The translations under genes were made by a program, and so were the position numbers. From an uncultured Anaerolineaceae bacterium (GTDB lineage: Bacteria; Chloroflexota; Anaerolineae; Anaerolineales; Anaerolineaceae): 64,000 nt of DNA. Below the pieces are notes generated by a model. The model worked only from the letters and a program-made list of their open reading frames with translations, did no database searches and had not been told where the DNA came from. The stretch lies in the NCBI GenBank assembly GCA_964593905.1, contig CAZQLE010000002.1:3387-67386 (forward strand). Reading direction: 5' to 3'. Numbering within the stretch: the stretch's first letter is position 1; each line of letters begins with the position of its first letter. Positions 1 through 10,124 of the stretch are shown one piece after another.

Positions 1-2913
1 CAAGAAGCGCGGCGGGCCTTAACCCTTGCCCCGGATGACATCTCGAATTTGCACTGGTTTGCCGAGATTGCGGTGCGGTTGAATGAAGAACCCGAGGCAA
101 TTCACGCTTTGCAGTGCGCCACACAATTGGAACCGGATGTTCCCGATTTCTGGTTGAAGTTGGCCGATTTGCAGCTTCATGCCGGTGATGTCACGGCAGG
201 CCAAAAGACCCTGGCAAAAATGTTGCTCACTGCGAAGGTCAATGAACACCATCTCTTTGAAGCCGCTTCGATTTTCCTGCGTTTCAATGACCTTGAATCT
301 TCTTCGGAATGTCTTAAACGGGCAGTTGAAATTGCGGAGCATAAAACCGAGGTCTATTTCAACCTGGCCGTGTTGAATATGCAGCAGGGAAAACCGGAAG
401 AAGCGCTTATGTGGTTGGAAAATGCGCTGGAACAGGAACCCGAAGATTTTAGTCTGTGCATCTTCCAGTCGGACCTGCTCTCTATTTTGAACCGACCTCA
501 GGCTGCGCTGGCGTGTCTTGAACATGCCGGTCAAATCGAATGGGAACCTGAGCACACAGCGCTGGTGGTTGAGCGATCCATGCCTCTTGCGGGTCAAATT
601 CTGCCCGATGATTGGCTGAACTCACTGCGAACGCCGCTGCATCTGGATGTTCGTATGGCGCGCTTGCTGGCACAGGTGGGCGATTTGCCCTCGGCGGTGG
701 AACATATTTTGTTTGCCCTCGAGCGCTCATCTGAAGACCTGATGCTGCAATATATGGCGGTTGACTACTCACTGGCACTGCTGCATCGCGATGATGCGCT
801 GGGGCTGCTGCAAATGCGAGAGGGTCTTTCTGCAGAGGCATTTCGGTTTGACCTGGATGTAGTGAAAGAGCACCATTTTGGAGAGTGGATTTCATTGCAG
901 TGTTTGCGGGTTGAACTGGCTTTTGAAATGGGATGGGATGTTTTGGCCGGCGACCTTTTGAATAACACCCTGGATGTGGCAATGGACCAGCCGCGCGTTT
1001 TGGCTTTGCAGTCTCGGTTGTTGGCCCGCCAGGGGCAGCAGATGGGTTCACGTCAGGCGTATCTGGCTGCGAAGAAAGCTTATCTGGAACAATCGGCTGA
1101 ACACGCCCACACCTGGAAACCCGAGGATGGGTTTTTGAACTTCACCCTGCTGAGTGGGCAGGACCGTTCTTACTGGCTGGTGCCGGCAGCGATGGAAATT
1201 AAAGCCTGGGATGACGCCCTTGAGATGGCCGAGTTTCTGGCGAAGCAAAACCCGGATGAACCGAGAATGCAGTTGTTGACTGCCATGGTGTATGTGCGGC
1301 GCGCCGAACAACAGCGGGTTTGTCAGGAACTGATGTGCACGGTTCATGCTCCGGGGGTTGAGGCGCTGTCAGCGGCCTGCCGTCAGCGCAGTGAGCTTGC
1401 CTTGCAGGCGGCTGAAAAACATGGCATTGTGCCAGAAATTGCCCGCTGGCGGGCAAGGGCTGATGCGGTTTTTGCGCCTTCTCCACAGGCTGCCCGCAAC
1501 CTGGTGCCAGTATCACGAAACAGTGAAGATACGGCCGCACTGATCATGGCCTTGCGCATTGTGGATAATCGTACTGCTGCGATACAGGTCGGACAGAAAA
1601 ACGATCAGGCCCCCGAAGTGGCTCTGCAACTGGCAATCACCTTATTGCCTATCGAAGCAGAGCGCGCAGTAGATTACGCCAAACATTGTGTGAACAAACA
1701 ACCCCATGAATCGCTGGGTTATCTCATTTTGGCGCTGGCTGCACAGCGGGCCGGTGATTTGAGAGAGGCCTTTAAGTCTATCGAAGCTGCCCTGTTGATC
1801 CACCCGGATGAAGCTGCCTGGCATGTCTGGGCGGCCAATCTTGCAGATCAACTGGGTCAGAATGGTTCGCGGATTGAACATTTGGAACATGCGGCTGTTT
1901 TGACCCCTGAGTCATTCGATGTGATGTTGCAGCTTGCCGACGCATATTTGAACGGCAACTTGGAGAATCGGAGCGTCGAAATTCTGAATCGCATCATTCG
2001 CATCGAGCCAGATGATCCGCGCGGTTGGCTGTTGCTTGGAAATGCCAGCCTGCAAACAGGAAACTTAAAAGAAGCCCTGCAATTTGCCGAACGCGCCTGT
2101 ATCCTTGCGCCCAATGATGCCGAACCATTTTATTTGTGTGGACGGGTTATGCTGCGCATGAAGAGTTTTGAACGGGCGCATTTATTGGCCTTGCAAGCGC
2201 TGGAACGGGATGCGAAGCATGTTCACAGCCTCCTGTTGCAGGCTGAGGCGCTGTCGGCGCTTGATAAACCCCGCGAAGCCATTCGGACGCTGGATCTGGC
2301 TGTGGCTGCTGTTGATACGCCGTTGTTGTTGATGATGGCTCGCGCTGAACTGGTGTTGAAGTTGGACGGTCCCCAGGTTGCCCTGCCGTATGCCGGAGAG
2401 ATTGTTCAGTTGAACCCTGCCTACCCGGATGGACTGGTTTTGCTGGCCGGGATTCAAAACCTGCTTGGGATGGGGGAGGAGTCCGAGCGAACTGCGCTGA
2501 CGGCGCTGCGGTTGGATTCGGAGAACCCCCGTCTTAATCTTCTGGTGGGGCAGCTTCAACGGCAGAGCGGGCAGTTGGATCAGGCGCTGTATTACTTCAG
2601 CGAGGCAATTCGGTTTTCTCCGGATTATGTCGATGCTTATCTCGAAATGGGCAAGACTTATCAGGAACGGCGCGAGTACTTGCAGGCGGTCAAAATTTAC
2701 GCCCAGGCGATCAAAATCAACCCGAAAGATTTCCGCCCATATTTATCTGCGGCTCAAATCTATCGCGAGATGAAAGACTACATCAATGCAGAAACCATGC
2801 TGCGTAAGGCGGCACAAATTGCACCCGAAGACCTCAATATTCGTCGTCAGTTAAGTGCTGTCATTGCGCTGAATCTGGTGCACAATTCACGGGAGGCTAA
2901 CGTAACCCTATGA
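1..2913 (+). CDS. Large TPR-repeat protein, 5' end probably outside the window
   Basis: Frame 1 is open from base 1 (QEARRALTLAPDDISN precedes the track start at 49). 34-aa TPR-like repeats run throughout, e.g. AYLEMGKTYQERREYLQAVKIYAQAIKINPKD. The stop TGA at 2911-2913 overlaps the next ATG. Confidence 0.8.
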   Translation, partial: QEARRALTLAPDDISNLHWFAEIAVRLNEEPEAIHALQCATQLEPDVPDFWLKLADLQLHAGDVTAGQKTLAKMLLTAKVNEHHLFEAASIFLRFNDLESSSECLKRAVEIAEHKTEVYFNLAVLNMQQGKPEEALMWLENALEQEPEDFSLCIFQSDLLSILNRPQAALACLEHAGQIEWEPEHTALVVERSMPLAGQILPDDWLNSLRTPLHLDVRMARLLAQVGDLPSAVEHILFALERSSEDLMLQYMAVDYSLALLHRDDALGLLQMREGLSAEAFRFDLDVVKEHHFGEWISLQCLRVELAFEMGWDVLAGDLLNNTLDVAMDQPRVLALQSRLLARQGQQMGSRQAYLAAKKAYLEQSAEHAHTWKPEDGFLNFTLLSGQDRSYWLVPAAMEIKAWDDALEMAEFLAKQNPDEPRMQLLTAMVYVRRAEQQRVCQELMCTVHAPGVEALSAACRQRSELALQAAEKHGIVPEIARWRARADAVFAPSPQAARNLVPVSRNSEDTAALIMALRIVDNRTAAIQVGQKNDQAPEVALQLAITLLPIEAERAVDYAKHCVNKQPHESLGYLILALAAQRAGDLREAFKSIEAALLIHPDEAAWHVWAANLADQLGQNGSRIEHLEHAAVLTPESFDVMLQLADAYLNGNLENRSVEILNRIIRIEPDDPRGWLLLGNASLQTGNLKEALQFAERACILAPNDAEPFYLCGRVMLRMKSFERAHLLALQALERDAKHVHSLLLQAEALSALDKPREAIRTLDLAVAAVDTPLLLMMARAELVLKLDGPQVALPYAGEIVQLNPAYPDGLVLLAGIQNLLGMGEESERTALTALRLDSENPRLNLLVGQLQRQSGQLDQALYYFSEAIRFSPDYVDAYLEMGKTYQERREYLQAVKIYAQAIKINPKDFRPYLSAAQIYREMKDYINAETMLRKAAQIAPEDLNIRRQLSAVIALNLVHNSREANVTL

Positions 2914-5639
2914 CCTACACACACGATACCCCGACTTTTTCAAAACGCACTTACGGCCGTCAGACTTTTCTGGTTATGTTGAATGCGGCGGTGGATATCA
3001 AAAATTATCGCTTCAACCGCCTGGCTGCTGCGGCATGGTTGACCGCTTATCCTGGTGATCTGGGTATGCGGTTGGTGTTTGCCCGCGGGTTACTGGCAGA
3101 GGGAAAAACGGTCGAGGCGATTGAAGAATTAACCCGTCTGGTGAAACTGGACCCCGAATTTTATGAGGCCTGGAACGTGCTTTCCAGAGCATATCCGGTT
3201 GGCAGCACTGAACAACTTCATGCCGTGGCGTGCGCCTGGGCGCTGGGCGGCACAAATACCCCCGATTTGCTGCTGCCGGGTTGGTCTTATGATTTGAAAC
3301 AGGCCTATCGCTGGCTGGCTGCGGGTGCTGTGGATGAAGCCGAACGGCTGGTGTTGCCCATCATCAGCATGAATCTGGATATGGCTTTGCCCGCCGTGGT
3401 GCATTTGCGAGTTGCTGCAGCGAATCATGATGAAATGGCCATCCAGCAGTTGGCGCGTTTATATCGGGAACGCTGGTCGGATACGCTGCAATTTGAGCTG
3501 GTGCTGGCGGATACGGCGCTTAAATTAGGAGTGCAGGCCGACGCGGTCGATCTGCTCCATTCCTGTGCGGTGAAAGATCCCACAGCACAGGTGGTTAAGC
3601 GTTTGTGGGGTAATGAGCATCCCTATCGTGATCTGTGGCCCGATGGTCTGGAAATCGATTTTGATATGGCCATTCCGGCTGAAATTGCCGGACTGCTGGG
3701 GTGGAATAAATTGACCACCGGGCCGGTGGTATTGCAGCAGGCTGTGCCGCCGGAAGCTGAAACGGAACAAACCCGCACGGATATGGAAGCGCCGGCCACT
3801 GCCAGCGAGACAACGCTGGAAACCCCTGCGGCGGCGGCGGTGGAAGCCGTGGAGTCTGGCGCGGCGGCAGAGCGCTTGACGACCGAACCGGCCAATAGGG
3901 AACCGGCGGTTGAGGCTGTTTCGGCAGCCCAGACCGCGCAAGATGCTGCCGGGCCAAAGGCCTTGCCGCAGCGCGGCCCCAAGCAATTTGACGATGCGCT
4001 GCGACCGGTCAGTGAAGCATTTGAAAAGCTCTCCAAAAAATTGCAAAAACCGGCCATCAGCCGCCAGGAAGGCCGCTTTCCGATTTATGTGATTTTATCC
4101 ACCATCGCGGGTTTGAACAGACAGTATGGTGCACAGACCCGGCTGGTGATTGATAAAGAGATGAAAGCGTTGGCCGATGCGGTTCGCAAGCAGCCCGGCT
4201 GGGGTGCCATGGTCTTTTACCCCGACGATCTGGGGTCTTCATCTCAGGTGGGAATGGGGACGATTGACGCCATTGACCCGTGGAAAATCAAACTGGCATT
4301 GATGGATCTGGACAAAGCGCTGGCGAAAAAAGGTGCGATGATCGGTTCGGTGTTGATTGTGGGCGGGGCAGAGGTTGTGCCGTTTCACAATTTGCCCAAC
4401 CCGACCGATGATATGGATCAGCAGGTGCTGTCGGATAACCCTTATGCCACGCTGGACAGCAACTATTTTGTGCCCGAATGGCCGGTGGGCCGCTTGCCCG
4501 GTGAAAAGGGCACCGACCCCGGTTTGCTTTTAGAGCAGATTCGCAGTGCGATCCGCCAGCACAGCCGGCGGCGTGAGGTTGAATCCTGGTGGGCGCCGCT
4601 GCTGTTTTTGCTGCGCTGGCTGCAGCGCAGTTCCAACGGCAAAAAATCGCCGAAGAATAATGGCCGCAGCTTTGGATACTCGGCCTCGGTCTGGCGCCGC
4701 TCATCGGTGGCTGTATTTCGCCCGATTGGCGATGGAAACGCGGTTAAAGTGTCTCCGCCAGATGTGAGCGGCTCGATCTCTGCCGATAAATTGACCTCGG
4801 CGATGTTGAATTATTATAATTTGCACGGTTTGCCCGACACCAATGAGTGGTATGGCCAACGCGATCTGGGTGATAGTGAGCCGGGCCCCGATTATCCGGT
4901 TGCCATTACCGCCAAAGATCTGGTGAAAAACGGCCGGTCTCCCCGTGTCGTTTTTAGTGAGGCCTGTTACGGCGGCTATGTAGTTGATAAGACAGAATCG
5001 GAATCGATTGCGCTGCGGTTTCTGCAAATTGGCGCTCAGGCTGTTGTCGGTTCGACCTGTGTCGCTTATGGGTCGGTGACCACCCCGTTGATCGGCGCGG
5101 ATATGCTGGGTTATCTATTTTGGAAGCACCTGGAAGCGGGGATGACGGTTGGTGAGGCGTTGATGCAGGCGAAGCTTGATTTTGTGCGCGAAATGAATCG
5201 GCGGCAGGGGTTTGTAGACGCAGAAGATCAGAAAACATTGTTATCTTTTGTGTTGTTTGGCGACCCGCTTGCAAAGGTGGATAATATCTCGCTCAAATCC
5301 AAATCGGTTCCCCGGCTGCGGAATCACTTGAGTGTGAAAGCCTCTTCAGAAGCGGTTGCGGCCAGCGAGAACGTACCCAATCGGGTTACCAAAGAAATAC
5401 TGCGCGATGTGAAGTCGCTGGTTGAAGCGTATTTGCCGGGTTTGGATACGGCCAGGGTGTCGATCAGTGAAGAAACGGTCCAATCTGAGGGGCGCAAGAA
5501 AATAACCCAGGAGGATACCAACCGCGTGGTTGTGACGATCAGTAAAGAGGTCCGGTTTGCAAACCGAATTCATCATCATTATGCGCGGGCAACCGTAGAC
5601 GCAAACGGGAAAGTGGTAAAACTGGCCCTTTCCAGATAA
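2910..5639 (+). CDS. TPR-like N-terminus, Ala/Glu/Thr/Pro-rich linker, and C-terminal gingipain/C25-like (clan CD, caspase-fold) cysteine peptidase domain
   Basis: ATGA overlap with the upstream gene. C25-like strings VLIVGGAEVVPFH, SDNPYATLD and WPVGRLPG. Putative catalytic His in YYNLHGLPD and Cys in VVFSEACYGGY. No signal peptide or lipobox at the N-terminus. Confidence 0.6.
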   Translation: MTYTHDTPTFSKRTYGRQTFLVMLNAAVDIKNYRFNRLAAAAWLTAYPGDLGMRLVFARGLLAEGKTVEAIEELTRLVKLDPEFYEAWNVLSRAYPVGSTEQLHAVACAWALGGTNTPDLLLPGWSYDLKQAYRWLAAGAVDEAERLVLPIISMNLDMALPAVVHLRVAAANHDEMAIQQLARLYRERWSDTLQFELVLADTALKLGVQADAVDLLHSCAVKDPTAQVVKRLWGNEHPYRDLWPDGLEIDFDMAIPAEIAGLLGWNKLTTGPVVLQQAVPPEAETEQTRTDMEAPATASETTLETPAAAAVEAVESGAAAERLTTEPANREPAVEAVSAAQTAQDAAGPKALPQRGPKQFDDALRPVSEAFEKLSKKLQKPAISRQEGRFPIYVILSTIAGLNRQYGAQTRLVIDKEMKALADAVRKQPGWGAMVFYPDDLGSSSQVGMGTIDAIDPWKIKLALMDLDKALAKKGAMIGSVLIVGGAEVVPFHNLPNPTDDMDQQVLSDNPYATLDSNYFVPEWPVGRLPGEKGTDPGLLLEQIRSAIRQHSRRREVESWWAPLLFLLRWLQRSSNGKKSPKNNGRSFGYSASVWRRSSVAVFRPIGDGNAVKVSPPDVSGSISADKLTSAMLNYYNLHGLPDTNEWYGQRDLGDSEPGPDYPVAITAKDLVKNGRSPRVVFSEACYGGYVVDKTESESIALRFLQIGAQAVVGSTCVAYGSVTTPLIGADMLGYLFWKHLEAGMTVGEALMQAKLDFVREMNRRQGFVDAEDQKTLLSFVLFGDPLAKVDNISLKSKSVPRLRNHLSVKASSEAVAASENVPNRVTKEILRDVKSLVEAYLPGLDTARVSISEETVQSEGRKKITQEDTNRVVVTISKEVRFANRIHHHYARATVDANGKVVKLALSR

Positions 5640-5679
5640 GTTTGGCGATTCTGTAACCCTTAGCGAGATCATTGAATTG

Positions 5680-5712
5680 GATCGCCCCCGGATTGGGGGC
5701 GATCTTGTTTTT
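5680..5712 (+). terminator. Intrinsic terminator after the TPR-peptidase gene
   Basis: GATCGCCCCC-GGATT-GGGGGCGATC perfect 10-bp stem followed by TTGTTTTT. Confidence 0.7.
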
Positions 5713-5749
5713 CCATCTGCGCGGCATCGAAAAAAATCGGTTTCTAAGG

Positions 5750-5778
5750 TTGAAGATTGCCGCCTCATCCCTTATAAT
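5750..5778 (+). promoter_or_regulatory. Sigma70-type promoter for alaS
   Basis: TTGAAG (5750-5755), 17-nt spacer, TATAAT (5773-5778), about 100 nt upstream of the alaS ATG. Confidence 0.5.
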
Positions 5779-5880
5779 TCAGGTTCAGATCATTCCTCAG
5801 GCTGCCCGGGGTATTCCCTGAGAGCTTTTTACAGGATGTGTGCGCAGTATCAAATTGAATCAGGCCATCAGGAGATAAGA

Positions 5881-8619
5881 ATGTCAAAAAATTGGACCGG
5901 GGCGGAAATCCGGCAATCTTTCATCGATTTCTTCGTTGATCGAGGTCATACCTTTGTACGTTCCTCATCGCTCGTTCCGGGCGGTGACCAGACGCTGTTG
6001 TTTACCAACGCGGGTATGGTGCAGTTCAAAGATGTTTTTCTCGGCACAGATAAGCGGCCCTATACGCGGGCTGTAAATTCACAAAAATGTATGCGTGTTG
6101 CTGGAAAACATAATGACCTGGATGATGTTGGTCGTGATGACACCCATCATACCCTGTTTGAGATGCTGGGAAACTGGTCGTTTGGCGATTATTACAAAAA
6201 AGAAGCGATCTCCTGGGCCTGGGAGCTGCTGACCGTAGTCTGGGATCTGGATAAGACGAAATTATGGACCAGCGTTTTCAAGGACGATAAGGGCAGTATT
6301 CCCACAGATGAAGAAGCCGCTCAATACTGGCGCGAGCAGCCGGGGATGAACCCCGAGCATGTGTGCTATTTTGGCCGAAAGGAAAACTTTTGGGAAATGG
6401 CAGAGACGGGTCCCTGTGGACCCTGCAGCGAGATCCATTATGACAAGGGCGAATCTTTTTGTGATATGAAGGATATCCCTGGTCATGTTTGCCGGGTTAA
6501 TGGAGACTGCAAGCGTTTTGTTGAGTTGTGGAATCTGGTGTTTATTCAATATAACCGCCTGGGACCAGACACACTAGAGCCTTTGCCGGCCACGCATGTT
6601 GATACCGGCATGGGGTTGGAACGGATTGTTTCGGTGATGCAAGGTGTGTTTTCAAACTACCGGACCGATCTGTTGATGCCCTTGATGGAAACTGTGCGGA
6701 AGATGACCGGCCAAACGCCCGAGGAACGGGATGCAAATGTCACCCCGTACCGGGTTATTGCCGATCATGCCCGCGCAGGCGCGTTTTTGATTGGCGATGG
6801 GGTGGTGCCCGGTAACACGGGCCGCAATTATGTGTGCCGCATGATCATTCGCCGTGCAGCGCGGTTTGGGTCGAAAATTGACTTAAACGAACCTTTCCTG
6901 GCGCGTGTTGCCGAGACATTGATTGACAACTATGGCGAAGCCTACCCTGAGCTGGTGCGCAATCGCAAGGCGATTTTAGACGGGTTAACCCGTGAAGAAG
7001 AACGGTTTAAGAAAACACTGAGCACCGGTCTGAGCTTTTTGGATGAAATCATGGCCGGTATGCGCTCTGGTGGAAAGTCGATGCTGGGGGGTGGTCAGGC
7101 TTTTGATCTGTATGCCACGCACGGGCTGCCGTTGGAAATTACACGGGATATTCTTCGTGAAAATGATCTTGAAGTGGATGAAGCCGGTTTTCGAAAAGCC
7201 ATGGAAGAGCATCGCATTGCCTCAGGCGCGGGCAAATCATTTGGCGCGCTGGGTGGTGAAGATGCAGATACCTTCCGTTTGATTTTTGAAGAATTAATGG
7301 AAGATGGGTTGATTGACGGCAAGGGTGTTCTGTATAACCCTTACGATGCAACCCCTTTTGAGACCAAGGTTCTGGCACTGGTTAAAGATGGAGAGGCCCT
7401 AAGCGCTGCTGCGCCCGGTGATCTGGTGGAAGTTTTATTGCCGCGCACCAATTTTTATATTGAATCGGGCGGTCAGGTTTCTGATGCCGGAACGATTCGG
7501 GGTGAAGATTGGACGATTGATGTCGTTGAGATGCGCAAGCCGGCCGCCGGCGTAATCGTCCATATTGGCAAGGTGACCACTGGCACCCCGCGCGTGGGTG
7601 ATACTGCGGTTGCAACGGTCGATCTGCAACGCCGCCGTGACACCATGCGAAACCATACGGCCACGCATTTGATGCACGCGATGCTGCACCAGGTGGTGGG
7701 TGAACATGCCCGTCAGGCCGGCTCGCTGGTGGCGCCAGACCGCCTGCGGTTTGACTTTACGCACTCTGAAGCGCTGACCCCGGCTCAACTGGAACAAATT
7801 GAGGCCGGCGTCAACCAGGCGATTCTTGAGAATTTCCATCTGAACATCGTGGTCAAACCGCTTGCTGTGGCAATGGAAGAAGGGGCGATGGCGTTGTTTG
7901 GTGAAAAATATGGCGAGGAAGTGCGCACGATTTCAATCGCCCATGAAGAGGATCCTTCAGCCTTCTCTTATGAACTGTGCGGCGGTACACATGTTGAAGA
8001 AACCGGCGATATTGGGGTGTTTCTGATCTTGAGTGAGGGCAGTGCTGCGGCCGGAATTCGCCGTATCGAAGCTGTGACGGGTCGCGGTGCCTATGAGCTG
8101 ATTCAGAAACGTTTCAGGGTATTGAAACAAACCGCGGGGATGCTCAGCACGGCGCTGGATGAAGTTCCGGTGAAAACCCAGACCCTGATGAGCGACCTGG
8201 ACCTGGCGAACAAACAAATTGCCCGCTTGAAGAGCGATATGGCTGCCTCTGCTTTTTCTGCCCGCCTGGTGGATGTTCCGCAAGTGGAGGATGTTCCGGT
8301 TCTGGCTGTCAATCTTGCCAATGCAGATGCAGACACTTTGCGCCAGATGGCAGATCGTTTTCGTGACCAATACCCCAGCGGGGTGGTGGTGCTGGGCAGC
8401 GCCAGCGAAGATAAGGTTACTCTGATCGCGGCGGTGACAGATGACTTGATCAAACGCGGGCTGCATGCCGGTGATCTGGTGAAGGCTGTGGCCCAGGTTG
8501 TGGGTGGGTCTGGCGGCGGCCGGCCGAACCTGGCGCAGGCGGGTGGTAAAGATCCGGCCAAACTGGCTGAGGCGCTGGATCTTGTGATTCCGCTGGTGAA
8601 GCAAAAGTTAAAAAAATAA
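5881..8619 (+). CDS. alaS: Alanine--tRNA ligase
   Basis: MSKNWTGAEIRQSFIDFF N-terminus, class II core, HxxxH editing motif (HTATHLMH), C-terminal DHHA1-like region. ATG 5881 is preceded by AGGAGA. The track start at 5677 lies upstream of the predicted promoter and inside the terminator. Confidence 0.95.
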   Translation: MSKNWTGAEIRQSFIDFFVDRGHTFVRSSSLVPGGDQTLLFTNAGMVQFKDVFLGTDKRPYTRAVNSQKCMRVAGKHNDLDDVGRDDTHHTLFEMLGNWSFGDYYKKEAISWAWELLTVVWDLDKTKLWTSVFKDDKGSIPTDEEAAQYWREQPGMNPEHVCYFGRKENFWEMAETGPCGPCSEIHYDKGESFCDMKDIPGHVCRVNGDCKRFVELWNLVFIQYNRLGPDTLEPLPATHVDTGMGLERIVSVMQGVFSNYRTDLLMPLMETVRKMTGQTPEERDANVTPYRVIADHARAGAFLIGDGVVPGNTGRNYVCRMIIRRAARFGSKIDLNEPFLARVAETLIDNYGEAYPELVRNRKAILDGLTREEERFKKTLSTGLSFLDEIMAGMRSGGKSMLGGGQAFDLYATHGLPLEITRDILRENDLEVDEAGFRKAMEEHRIASGAGKSFGALGGEDADTFRLIFEELMEDGLIDGKGVLYNPYDATPFETKVLALVKDGEALSAAAPGDLVEVLLPRTNFYIESGGQVSDAGTIRGEDWTIDVVEMRKPAAGVIVHIGKVTTGTPRVGDTAVATVDLQRRRDTMRNHTATHLMHAMLHQVVGEHARQAGSLVAPDRLRFDFTHSEALTPAQLEQIEAGVNQAILENFHLNIVVKPLAVAMEEGAMALFGEKYGEEVRTISIAHEEDPSAFSYELCGGTHVEETGDIGVFLILSEGSAAAGIRRIEAVTGRGAYELIQKRFRVLKQTAGMLSTALDEVPVKTQTLMSDLDLANKQIARLKSDMAASAFSARLVDVPQVEDVPVLAVNLANADADTLRQMADRFRDQYPSGVVVLGSASEDKVTLIAAVTDDLIKRGLHAGDLVKAVAQVVGGSGGGRPNLAQAGGKDPAKLAEALDLVIPLVKQKLKK

Positions 8620-8636
8620 AATTGTGATTTTCAAAA

Positions 8637-8668
8637 ACGGTGCCGGAAATTTTCCGGCACCGTTTTTT
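8637..8668. terminator. Bidirectional intrinsic terminator between convergent alaS and pepA
   Basis: Perfect 13-bp palindrome ACGGTGCCGGAAA-T-TTTCCGGCACCGT flanked by an A-run upstream and TTTTT downstream. Confidence 0.8.
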
Positions 8669-8679
8669 GCATCAAAGGG

Positions 8680-10107
8680 TCAACCCAAATTTTCCAGATA
8701 TTCGATCAGCAGGCGCACACCAAAGCCCGTAGCGCCTTTGGGGCAATAGGGCAAATCTTTGCTGGTTCCTGAGACCGCGGCGATATCCATATGCGCCCAG
8801 GGAACTTCATCGGCGACAAATTGCTTGAGGAAAATGCCGCCCATAATGGGATGTGCCTCGCGGCCGCCGGAGTTTTTCAAATCGGCGTCATCGCCCTTAA
8901 TGGATAAGGCATATTCATCATCCAATGGAAGCTGCCATAACTTTTCATTGACTTTTTCACCCGCGGCTGAAAGGCGGTTGAATAAAGCGTTGTCATTGGT
9001 CATCACCCCGCAGCGAACCCGGCCCAGCGCCACTACAACCCCACCGGTCAGGGTGGCCAGGTCGATGATCTCGCGGGGTTGGAATTCGCGCTGCGCATAG
9101 GTAAGACCGTCGGCCAGCACCAACCGTCCTTCTGCATCGGTGGTGATGATCTCGACCGTTTTGCCCGCCAGGGTGGTGATAATGTCATCCGGCCGGTAGG
9201 CAGCCGACGAAACGGCGTTTTCGGCAGCGCAGATGATTCCCACCAGCGGCTGTTTGAACTTTAGCGCCGCGGCGGCCATGAGCACAGCGGCGACGTCAAC
9301 CCCGCCGCACTTATCATATTTCATGCCTTGAATATTTTCGACGGATTTAAGCGAATAGCCGCCGGTATCGAAGGTGAGCGCTTTGCCCACCAGGACGACC
9401 GGTTTTTCGGTTGCATCTGTGCCGGAGTATTCAAGAATGATCATCCGCGGCTGGCTGGCGCTGCCTTTGCCCACATTCATGATTCCACCGGCGCCAAGCG
9501 TCGATAGCTTCACTTCATCCAGAACGGTGCATTTAATGCCATATTCCTGTGCCAGTTGCTCCACCCGAATCGCCAGGGTGACCGGGTTGATAATATTGGC
9601 CGGTTCGTGGCTCCAATCGCGTGCCAGGTTGACCGCAGCCGAAATTTCGCGGGCGCGATCGATGCTTTTTTGCAGCCCGGAGTGGTTGCTTTCTGAAACA
9701 TGGAACGTTACCGCTGCCGGTTCTTTTTGATCGGTCTTATACCGGGCAAAATCGAACCCACCCAGATAAAGCCCCTCAAACAGGGCATAGGCCTGTTCTT
9801 CACCCAACCCGGCGACATCCAGTTCGGCAGAGGCGACCTTCCTTTTTTTGCACCAGCGCGCTACTGCGCCGCCAGCGATGCGATATGTTTCCAGGCTCAG
9901 CCTGTTATCTGGACCCAGAGAAACAATTAAGGTCTTTTGCCCATCGGCGGTGCTGGTTAACAGGGTTTCGCCGGCGCTTTTATCCGGGCCCATCAGCCCG
10001 CTTTCATCGGCCACAGCCTGAAAGAGAACTTTTAATTCAGGCTTTTCTGATGCAGTCTGCGAAAGCTGGATCGAAATGAAATTGGAAATATTGGCTGTGC
10101 TGTTCAT
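8680..10107 (-). CDS. pepA: Leucyl aminopeptidase (M17)
   Basis: M17 signature ITTDAEGRLVLAD and metal-ligand region VGKALTFDTGG. Start MNSTAN is preceded by GAGGAG. Confidence 0.9.
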   Translation of the reverse strand: MNSTANISNFISIQLSQTASEKPELKVLFQAVADESGLMGPDKSAGETLLTSTADGQKTLIVSLGPDNRLSLETYRIAGGAVARWCKKRKVASAELDVAGLGEEQAYALFEGLYLGGFDFARYKTDQKEPAAVTFHVSESNHSGLQKSIDRAREISAAVNLARDWSHEPANIINPVTLAIRVEQLAQEYGIKCTVLDEVKLSTLGAGGIMNVGKGSASQPRMIILEYSGTDATEKPVVLVGKALTFDTGGYSLKSVENIQGMKYDKCGGVDVAAVLMAAAALKFKQPLVGIICAAENAVSSAAYRPDDIITTLAGKTVEIITTDAEGRLVLADGLTYAQREFQPREIIDLATLTGGVVVALGRVRCGVMTNDNALFNRLSAAGEKVNEKLWQLPLDDEYALSIKGDDADLKNSGGREAHPIMGGIFLKQFVADEVPWAHMDIAAVSGTSKDLPYCPKGATGFGVRLLIEYLENLG

Positions 10108-10124
10108 GGTCTCCTCAATTAAAA

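Noticed and set aside
5677-5880. N-terminal 68-codon extension of alaS in the ORF track (TTG start at 5677).
   Set aside because: The extension runs through the upstream terminator hairpin and the TTGAAG-17-TATAAT promoter. The canonical AlaRS N-terminus MSKNWTGAEIRQSF starts at ATG 5881 with an AGGAGA RBS.
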